Shown piece after piece: positions 56,939 through 64,000 of a DNA stretch of 64,000 nucleotides; position 1 is the stretch's first letter, and each line of letters begins with the position of its first letter. Under the pieces are notes generated by a model, which worked only from the letters and a program-made list of their open reading frames with translations, made no database searches and was not told where the DNA came from. A program made the translations under genes and the position numbers. This stretch comes from Acidimicrobiales bacterium (GTDB lineage: Bacteria > Actinomycetota > Acidimicrobiia > Acidimicrobiales > Bin134): the NCBI GenBank assembly GCA_965208505.1, contig OZ242339.1:1331876-1395875 (forward strand). Direction: 5' to 3'.

Positions 56939-57577
56939 CTACCCCATCTCGATTCTGGCCCGGATGAGCTCTTCAGCCCCGGTGAGGAGTTCAGCCAATA
57001 GGTCTAATCGCTGCATGGAGTTGTCCGCAGCCAAGAGTTGCTGACGGTCCATTGGACCCAGTGGAGACAGGGCGGCGAGCTGCCAGACTGCGGTAGAGGG
57101 ATCCTCTGACAACTCGAATTCTGCCGGGAGTCCGGGTGCCCCCAATTCGGACTGCAACGCCAGAACCCGACGCCATGCAGACACTACCGGAGGCAGCCCG
57201 GCGCCAACTCCTGCGCCTTCGTGGTGGCCCAGCTCTCTATCGGGCCAGTCTCGGACCTCAGCTCGAGGATAAGGGTCGTCCTCCAGCCATCGACAAACCT
57301 GAATCCGGCGGGTGCCGCCGGCAACTAGGCCCCATCGCCCGTCGGGAAACTCCTGAGCCTGGATGATTCTGGCCACGGTTCCAGCGTCGGTGCGGACATC
57401 ACCTCCGCCCACCTCGCTGCCCCGTTCGATGAGCACCACCCCGAACTCGCGATCGCCGTCCAAACAGTCCTTTGTCATCTGCCGGTAACGAGGCTCGAAG
57501 ACATGGATGGGCACCACCATCGTGGGCAACAACACCATGCCCAAAGGGAACATGGGCAGAGTCGACACGTCGTTCAA
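56939..57577 (-). CDS. LON N-terminal (substrate-binding) domain protein
   Basis: LPMFPLGMVLLPTMVVPIHVFEPRYRQM is the canonical LON-N start. Length is 212 aa and there is no ATPase domain. Confidence 0.8.
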   Translation of the reverse strand: MNDVSTLPMFPLGMVLLPTMVVPIHVFEPRYRQMTKDCLDGDREFGVVLIERGSEVGGGDVRTDAGTVARIIQAQEFPDGRWGLVAGGTRRIQVCRWLEDDPYPRAEVRDWPDRELGHHEGAGVGAGLPPVVSAWRRVLALQSELGAPGLPAEFELSEDPSTAVWQLAALSPLGPMDRQQLLAADNSMQRLDLLAELLTGAEELIRARIEMG

Positions 57578-57600
57578 GGGATAAATCCCGATTGCGGCCC

Positions 57601-59100
57601 TCAGCCGACCCGGAGCGGTTCGAGCTGGATGTCGTCAAGGCTTGGCTTGGCTTCCAGAGTGGCCAGATGGCCCACAATGCGAGTTTCCAGTTCACGGAGA
57701 GCTTGGTTGTCCACTGCCCCCTGTTGGTTGGCGATGAATGCAAACGTAAGTTCCTGACCACGGCCTATGTCTATATAGCCCATCATCACGGTGGTGTCCG
57801 ATGAACCGCCCGTAAACGCCCTTACCCGCCCAGGGCTCTCCACTCCGGCAAATCGGCTTTGGAGGGGTCCGGGGTCGGCGGCGGTGGGCAGCAGTTCGTG
57901 GAAGAAGGGGCTGAATTCTTCGCTTTGCAGCAGCGAGGTGAAGACCGGGCAGGTTGCGACATTGGCAGGGTCTTGTCCTGAACCGTCGAATTGGAGCAGC
58001 TGAAACCCATCGTCATCGACCCCGATTCCCGCCAATACCGTCTCCACCGCCCGGGTTCCAGCCCTCGTGCTTCCTACTCCCGAGGTGACCCGACCGATTT
58101 CTTTGAGGAGGAGCTCCACGGTCTCGATGTCCCGGTTGTCGAGAACTTGCTGGTAATGGTCGGAAAGCGGGGCTGATTCAATGGAGGCCAGCTGGTACAC
58201 GTCTTCCTCTTCGGGAACCGCTTCAGAACGGGGGCTGCGGCGAATGACCACGTCGCGGGCCTCGAGCATGTCATCGAACAGCGCCGCGGCATAGAACGGC
58301 GGATCCTCAGCGACCTGATAGCCAGTGGCTTCCTCGAAGGCTTCGCCGGCTTCCCCCTCCTCGCCCTGCGCCGAATCCGGGGCAGGGAACTGCACCCAGC
58401 CGTCATCAAATTGAAGAGCCAAGAGAGTGCCGAGGTTTTCGGACTCGATTATCCCCTCCGGCCAAGAACCGACATAGAACAGATCGTCGAATCTGGTGGC
58501 GTCACCCACCACCGCACCGGTAACCAGGACCAAGCCGTTGTCGACCAGTGCTTGAGCCAGATCCTCAATGGGAGTGTGGAGCCGGTTATCGTCTTGTTCC
58601 CAGGTGGCGACAAATTCCGGGGTCGACAGCAATGGGTCTCCCCCGCCGACCAGGTAGATGTCGCCGTTCACCACCCCGTCTTCCATCGGTACGAGCGATT
58701 GCACAGATGTGGTGAAGGTGTGACTAGGTTCTAATTCTCTGTGGGCGGTTGCCAGCGTGAGCAAGAGGAACGCCTCGGAGGGCTTCACCTGGATGCCGGC
58801 GTTGCTCTGGTAGAGCGGAGGAACCCGGTTGTCGAGGCTCACGTTTATACAAGCCGACGCGGGAGCGGAGGCCATCATTTCGTCCAATGCGTCGAAGAAT
58901 CCAGGTTCGGTAAGCGGCGGAGCCACCAGGGCCTTGAGGCGGCGGGTGGAGACAAGCGGGGTGCCCACACCAGGAGGCACCGTGTCGTCGGTGACGACCT
59001 CTCCCAGATTCTCGTGAAGTTGGTCGTTCATGTAGTTGGAGCCGAAGAGCGCCGCGAGGGCAGCCGCAAGCAGCAGAACGGGCGTGGCGATCCGGCGCAC
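57601..59100 (-). CDS. PBP4/DacB (peptidase S13)-family homolog with degenerate catalytic motifs
   Basis: It has a signal peptide. Family-like segments are YLVGGGDPLL, FDGSGQD and LPTAA. The SxxK position reads SEAF, the SxN position reads NRD and the KTG position reads FTG. Confidence 0.6.
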   Translation of the reverse strand: MRRIATPVLLLAAALAALFGSNYMNDQLHENLGEVVTDDTVPPGVGTPLVSTRRLKALVAPPLTEPGFFDALDEMMASAPASACINVSLDNRVPPLYQSNAGIQVKPSEAFLLLTLATAHRELEPSHTFTTSVQSLVPMEDGVVNGDIYLVGGGDPLLSTPEFVATWEQDDNRLHTPIEDLAQALVDNGLVLVTGAVVGDATRFDDLFYVGSWPEGIIESENLGTLLALQFDDGWVQFPAPDSAQGEEGEAGEAFEEATGYQVAEDPPFYAAALFDDMLEARDVVIRRSPRSEAVPEEEDVYQLASIESAPLSDHYQQVLDNRDIETVELLLKEIGRVTSGVGSTRAGTRAVETVLAGIGVDDDGFQLLQFDGSGQDPANVATCPVFTSLLQSEEFSPFFHELLPTAADPGPLQSRFAGVESPGRVRAFTGGSSDTTVMMGYIDIGRGQELTFAFIANQQGAVDNQALRELETRIVGHLATLEAKPSLDDIQLEPLRVG

Positions 59101-59122
59101 TCAGGTCATCCTAGTGGTACGT

Positions 59123-60592
59123 CTATTTTCCGCCTAGATGGCGTTGTCGCCATCGGGCGTACCACCACAGGTGGTCCAGAGCCCTCACCGCTCGGTCGGC
59201 AGAGGGAAGACAGTAGCGATCTTCAGCAGCCATCGTGGCCGGTCCAGAATTTGCCGGCTGGGTGACGGCCAACTCGGTGGCCGCCAATATCGGCTTGCCG
59301 GTTCGAGCCGAAGCATCGGCTGCCGCTTGGGCGAAGCGATTGTCCTGGCGCTCATGGTATTGGCAGATGCGGTCCAGCCCAGCCGACTGGAAGTACGGGC
59401 CTGACCGCAAGTGGGACGCGGTGTTGGCTTGGATCCCCATTCCGAGATAGATCACCGCGTCCACCTCTGGATGATCGGCAACCAGTTTGATGGCCTCTGG
59501 AATAGTGTCACGGCTCTCGCCTCCGGCTAGGTCGATCGGATTGCTCCGGCTCCATCGCGGAGGTACTAGACCATCTATGGCCGACTTCAGATCACCAGGC
59601 AGGGGTATCAGGTCGAGGCTCGACTTCGACACCGCGTCTGCGGCGATCACACCCCAACCACCCGCGCTGGACAGGACCAGAGTTCGGGGACCAGCGGGCA
59701 GGGGCTGGGTTGCGAAGGTCGCCACCGCGTCGTATGCCTCCTCGATGGTCGCTGCCCTAACCGCCCCGTTCTGGCGAACCATGCCGTCGAACACCCGGTC
59801 ATCAGTGGCCAGCGCTCCAGTATGGCTGGCGGCCGCTTGTGCTCCTCTCGGGGTAGTACCTCCTTTGACCAACACCACCGGCTTCGCTTCCGCTGCTTCT
59901 CGAATAGTTGCCGCAAATCGCTGCCCATCGCCCACTCCCTCGACATAGGCGGCCATCGCCTTGGTGTGTGAGTCGCCGGCGAACCACTTCAGAAAATCCA
60001 CAACCTCCACCATGGCCGCGTTGCCTGCACTCACTGCCCGACTGATGCCCACGCCGCTATGAGTGGCATGGTTCATGAATGCCGAAACCAGATTGCCCGA
60101 CTGGCTGGCAACCGAGATGGGCCCAGAGGGCGGAATCGGAGCCACAATCTGGGCCGCCAATCTAGCCGGGTTGGAAATCAGCCCCTGCCCATTGGGCCCG
60201 GCCAACACCATGCCCAGCGAATGGGCCAGATCCACCAGCTCTTCTTCGGCTCGAGCGCCTTCGGAGCCTGCCTCCCGGAAGCCCCCGGAGGCAATGAACG
60301 CCGCGCCAATGCCTCGGTTAGCAGCCGATCTCAAGATGTCGGCGCAGGTGTTGGGCGGAGTGCAGACCATTACCAGATCTGCCGCTCCGTGGGGAACCTC
60401 CTCGACATCGGCCATGGTCTCGACCCCCAAAATGGTGGGCCTATCTGGATTGACGGCGAACACCGGACCTCCGAATCCGCCAGCCAAGATGTTGTGAAGA
60501 GCGACAAAGCCGAATTTCCCGGGATGGGCAGACGCGCCGGCCAGCACGATTCCCCGGGGGTTGAACAAGAGGTCGAACTGAGACCCGCTCAT
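59123..60592 (-). CDS. ADP-forming acyl-CoA synthetase, CoA-binding / ligase-CoA (alpha) part
   Basis: Carries GIVLAGASAHPGKFG and the phosphohistidine segment AASHTGALA. Confidence 0.8.
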   Translation of the reverse strand: MSGSQFDLLFNPRGIVLAGASAHPGKFGFVALHNILAGGFGGPVFAVNPDRPTILGVETMADVEEVPHGAADLVMVCTPPNTCADILRSAANRGIGAAFIASGGFREAGSEGARAEEELVDLAHSLGMVLAGPNGQGLISNPARLAAQIVAPIPPSGPISVASQSGNLVSAFMNHATHSGVGISRAVSAGNAAMVEVVDFLKWFAGDSHTKAMAAYVEGVGDGQRFAATIREAAEAKPVVLVKGGTTPRGAQAAASHTGALATDDRVFDGMVRQNGAVRAATIEEAYDAVATFATQPLPAGPRTLVLSSAGGWGVIAADAVSKSSLDLIPLPGDLKSAIDGLVPPRWSRSNPIDLAGGESRDTIPEAIKLVADHPEVDAVIYLGMGIQANTASHLRSGPYFQSAGLDRICQYHERQDNRFAQAAADASARTGKPILAATELAVTQPANSGPATMAAEDRYCLPSADRAVRALDHLWWYARWRQRHLGGK

Positions 60593-61233
60593 ATGTCGCT
60601 CATTATCACCAGTGCATCCACTGCCACCGGTAAACCCTCCCTGACAACCAGGGGATTCACATCTATGGCCTCGACCCCTTCCCGGCCTGCGGCTTCGGCT
60701 AGTCCCAAGAGGGCCTCCGTCAAGGCAATGCGGTCCACTGCCGGTTCGCCTCGCAGCGGACCCAACAAAGCGGCCATGCCCAAGTCATCGATCATGTCCT
60801 CGCAGTCGGCTGCGCTAACCGGAATCAGGCGGAACACTGCCTCTCCCACAGCCTCGGCCAACACTCCGCCCAATCCGAGCATGAGCGCGGCACCGAATTG
60901 ATCGCTGTGGACCACCCCGGCGATGAGCTCCCGGTGTCCGGTCACCATCTCCGAAACCAGCAACGCCACGTCGCCGTCATCCTCGGTGGCTGCGGCCAGC
61001 AGTTCCTCGGCCGCAGACTGCACTCCGTCGGGGTTGTCGAGCCCTAGCCGCACAAGCCCACGCTCGCTCTTGTGAGCCAGCGACCGACTGCACAGCTTCA
61101 CCGCCACTGGCCCCCCGATCTCTTCCCACGCGGCCACAGCTTCGTCTGCCGACTCGGCCAGCTTGTCTTGGCTCACCACCACGCCATGGCTCGCCAAGAG
61201 CTGTTTTGACTCGAATTCCGACAACACCCCCAT
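60589..61233 (-). CDS. ADP-forming acyl-CoA synthetase, ATP-grasp (beta) part
   Basis: The ATG at 61233 gives MGVLSEFESKQLLASHGVVV...GGPVAVKL. It overlaps the alpha part by 4 nt. Confidence 0.8.
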   Translation of the reverse strand: MGVLSEFESKQLLASHGVVVSQDKLAESADEAVAAWEEIGGPVAVKLCSRSLAHKSERGLVRLGLDNPDGVQSAAEELLAAATEDDGDVALLVSEMVTGHRELIAGVVHSDQFGAALMLGLGGVLAEAVGEAVFRLIPVSAADCEDMIDDLGMAALLGPLRGEPAVDRIALTEALLGLAEAAGREGVEAIDVNPLVVREGLPVAVDALVIMSDI

Positions 61234-61411
61234 CGCCACCCAACCTACCCGCCCAACCCTCCCTTGCTCACTCCGACCACCGCAGCAAGCGGCAGACAAG
61301 ACCAGTACAGTTGCGAGAGTTCAGAACCTCATGTAACCCCGACCTGTCCTCTAGGGTCACACCCATGGCTGCCAAGTCGGCGGTCGGCCAGGCCCGTTGG
61401 GAGTTTGATCA

Positions 61412-62164
61412 GTGCAGATAGTGATCGCGATCACAGTAGGGCTCGCCCTCACTCAGCTGGCCAATTTGGCCACGACGGTGTATCTGCACCGGGACTTGGC
61501 CCATAAGGCAGTCCAACTCCACCCTGCGCTTCGCAGCGCCTTCAAAGTCTTCTTGTGGATGTCAACCGGGATATCTGCCCGGCAGTGGGCCGCAGTCCAC
61601 CGCAAGCACCACGCCTACACCGATGCCCCCGAAGACCCCCACTCCCCGGCCCGGCTGGGCTGGCTCCGGGTTCAGCTCACCAATGCCGCCCTGTACCGGC
61701 GTTCGGCCCGCGATCCCCGCACCACTGAGCGCTATGCCAAAGACATCCCCGTCACTGCGCCTGACCGGTGGCTGCTCAACCGAGGCATCATCGGATTGGC
61801 CCTCGGAGTCGCCATTTTGGTGTGGTGGCTGGGTTTGGTGCCGGGCATCTTGGCCATAGTCGTCCACACCGTGGGCTATATCGGCCTCGGAGGCTCGGTA
61901 AACGGGGTAGCCCACACTTTCGGGCGCCGTCCATTCGACAACAGCGCCACCAACGTCACCTGGTTGGCCTGGCTCACCTGTGGCGAGGGTTACCACAACA
62001 ATCACCACGCCGCCCCGACATCGGCCCGCTTCGCCCGCCGCTGGCACAATTTCGACTTGGGGTGGTGGTTCATCAGCCTGGCCAGCAGGCTGGGGTTGGC
62101 CCGGATTCGCCATGCCGACGTGGACTCGCTGGCCTCTCGGACAGCGACATCGGCTCAGGTCTGA
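61412..62164 (+). CDS. Membrane fatty-acid (acyl-CoA) desaturase
   Basis: Three His boxes: HRDLAH, HRKHH and HNNHH. Confidence 0.85.
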   Translation: MQIVIAITVGLALTQLANLATTVYLHRDLAHKAVQLHPALRSAFKVFLWMSTGISARQWAAVHRKHHAYTDAPEDPHSPARLGWLRVQLTNAALYRRSARDPRTTERYAKDIPVTAPDRWLLNRGIIGLALGVAILVWWLGLVPGILAIVVHTVGYIGLGGSVNGVAHTFGRRPFDNSATNVTWLAWLTCGEGYHNNHHAAPTSARFARRWHNFDLGWWFISLASRLGLARIRHADVDSLASRTATSAQV

Positions 62165-62223
62165 GCCTACCTGTTGTGTAACAAACCGTTTTTTCCACTG
62201 ACCGCGCGCTCCACCGGGCTAGC

Positions 62224-63348
62224 GTGCAGGTAGTGAGCAGGTATGGGGCCGCTTTATCCGAGCATCCCGACTCGGCCAGTGCCGTCGGTGAGGTGATTGG
62301 CGAGATTCTCGAAGCAGTCGGTCCTTCGCCTGATCTGGCCGTGCTGTTCACTTCGGCCTCGCACTGCGAAGCGATCAACGAAATCGCCGACGCCATCCAT
62401 CGGGTCCTCGCCCCTTCGGCTCTCGTCGGAGCCGCCGCGGTGTCAGTGATCGGCGGGCCCCTTGAAGTTGAAGAACGCCCAGCCGTCTCCCTATGGGCCG
62501 CGTCCGAGTGTCAGGCCCAAGCAATTCGACTAGAAGCGGTGCGAGGACCCGACGGATGGGCGGTGGGCGGAATGCCCGACAATGCCGAGGGAACCCTCTT
62601 GGTGCTTCCCGACCCGTTTACCTTCCCCAGCGAGGCTCTGTTGACGACGGGACTGGATCTGACGGTGGTGGGTGGGCTGGCGTCGGCCGCGGGCCGGCCA
62701 GGGGGCAACCGCCTGGTTCTGGGCCAACAGGTGTTCAACGACGGCGCAGTAGGCGTTCTGCTAGATCCGGCGGTTGAGGTTCGCACCGTCGTATCCCAGG
62801 GATGTCGCCCGATTGGCCAGCCATTCACCATCACCAAATCGGACGGCAACATCGTGGCCGAGATGGGGGGTCGCCCGGCGGTTGACCGATTGCGAGAGAC
62901 CTTGCTGGGATTGGATGAGGCCGAGCGCGCGCTGGTGTCCAAGGGCCTGCACATCGGCATAGTCATCGATGAGCATAAATCCGAATTCAACCGGGGCGAC
63001 TTTTTGATTCGCGGTCTGATCGGCGCGGATGAGGAAACAGGATCGCTAGCAGTGGGCGACTCCGTGGACATTGGTACCACCGTTCAATTCCAAGTGCGGG
63101 ATGCGGCCACCGCCGACGAAGACCTCCGCGAGATGATGGCCGATGCCTCAGCGGGGTCGGCCCTGGTGTTCACCTGCAACGGACGGGGCACGCACCTATT
63201 CGACGGCCCTGACCATGACGCTGCCGTAGTCCACGAAGCCTTGGAAAGAGCCCCGGTGGCAGGAATGTTCTGCGCTGGCGAGCTCGGACCGATCGCCGGC
63301 CACAATTTCCTCCACGGATTTACTGCCTCAGTGGTGCTCTTCCCGTGA
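62224..63348 (+). CDS. FIST-domain signal-transduction protein
   Basis: FIST_N/FIST_C-like layout (DLAVLFTSASH..., ...GMFCAGELGP). Length is 374 aa. Confidence 0.7.
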   Translation: MQVVSRYGAALSEHPDSASAVGEVIGEILEAVGPSPDLAVLFTSASHCEAINEIADAIHRVLAPSALVGAAAVSVIGGPLEVEERPAVSLWAASECQAQAIRLEAVRGPDGWAVGGMPDNAEGTLLVLPDPFTFPSEALLTTGLDLTVVGGLASAAGRPGGNRLVLGQQVFNDGAVGVLLDPAVEVRTVVSQGCRPIGQPFTITKSDGNIVAEMGGRPAVDRLRETLLGLDEAERALVSKGLHIGIVIDEHKSEFNRGDFLIRGLIGADEETGSLAVGDSVDIGTTVQFQVRDAATADEDLREMMADASAGSALVFTCNGRGTHLFDGPDHDAAVVHEALERAPVAGMFCAGELGPIAGHNFLHGFTASVVLFP

Positions 63349-63428
63349 CCGTCTGGGCGCATTTCTCCCATGCATCCACCGCTTCGGTGGTGGTGTTCCC
63401 ATAACCACCTGAAAGGATCGATCCTTCT

Positions 63429-64000
63429 ATGGCTGCGTTTCCCGCCGCTCTCGAAGCCCAAGGCATAAGCGTCATCCGCGGTCTGGCCATGGACGCTCCC
63501 CACCAGGCCCGCTCTGGGCATCAGGGGACCGCCATGGCCTTGGCTCCGCTGGCCCACGTGCTTTGGACTCGCATCCTGCGCTACGACGCTGACGACCCGG
63601 CTTGGCCTGATCGAGACCGGTTCGTGCTCAGCGCCGGACATGCATCCATCCTGCTGTACTCCATGCTCCATTTGACCGGCCAAGGGCTCACCCTGGAAGA
63701 CCTGCGGGACTTCCGCCAATGGGGCAGCCAAACTCCTGGGCACCCGGAGGTTGGCCACACCTCGGGGGTCGAGGTCACTACCGGGCCGCTCGGCCAGGGA
63801 ATCGCCAACGCAGTGGGCATGGCAATGGCGGAGCGCTGGCTGCGCAACCGCTTCGGCGCCGAAGTCTGCGACCACCGGGTGTTCGCTTTGTGCAGCGACG
63901 GCGACCTCTCCGAGGGGATCAGCCATGAGGCTTCCTCCCTTGCCGGGCATCAAGGCCTCGACCGGCTCATCTGCTTCTACGACGACAATCGGATAACAAT
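63429..64000 (+). CDS. tkt: Transketolase (N-terminal part, continues beyond the right edge)
   Basis: Own translation from the ATG at 63429: ...[20 protein letters not shown]...[17 protein letters not shown]...GHPE...[16 protein letters not shown]...[14 protein letters not shown]. It is absent from the ORF track because there is no stop in the window. Confidence 0.9.
   Translation, partial: MAAFPAALEAQGISVIRGLAMDAPHQARSGHQGTAMALAPLAHVLWTRILRYDADDPAWPDRDRFVLSAGHASILLYSMLHLTGQGLTLEDLRDFRQWGSQTPGHPEVGHTSGVEVTTGPLGQGIANAVGMAMAERWLRNRFGAEVCDHRVFALCSDGDLSEGISHEASSLAGHQGLDRLICFYDDNRIT

Overview
This is a visibly GC-rich, densely coding window that looks like an actinobacterial chromosome. All assignments come from reading the translations and recalling family motifs; no database search was run.

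Core blocks:
- A divergent glyoxylate-shunt pair: malate synthase G and a long ICL2-type isocitrate lyase.
- A nearly uninterrupted minus-strand Pup-proteasome string: arc/mpa, dop, pup, prcB, prcA, pafA, pafB, pafC, lepB.
- A second minus-strand string: tatA, tatC, a DAGK-like gene, an M20 peptidase and a double-length ThyX-like gene.
- trmI, an ADP-forming acyl-CoA synthetase pair, a desaturase, a FIST protein, a VapBC pair, an MMPL transporter, several SDR/FAD enzymes and a partial transketolase.
- Two edge genes absent from the ORF track were found by hand: an amidohydrolase at the left edge and tkt at the right edge.

Accessory part (about 16.8-32.9 kb), the most interesting region:
1. 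An ~8.3 kb mosaic segment is bracketed by 25-nt direct repeats (24/25 identical). It holds gene fragments (SbcC/SMC-like, ligA), a frameshifted Cys/His-repeat gene and an IS3 element. It also holds an intact Fic / AAA-ATPase / Fic module with iteron-like repeats and a shared C-terminal Cys/His tail.
2. Directly downstream lies a 10-gene, translationally coupled Tad-like operon. It starts with two Cys-rich exported proteins of unknown function and contains an apparently leaderless Flp-like pilin. No prepilin peptidase or TadZ is present.

Other notable points: a G16 homopolymer in the promoter region of an MpaB-like gene, a PBP4/DacB homolog with all three catalytic motifs degenerate, and a nested IS3-into-IS1380 scar. 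No rRNA, tRNA or CRISPR was seen.
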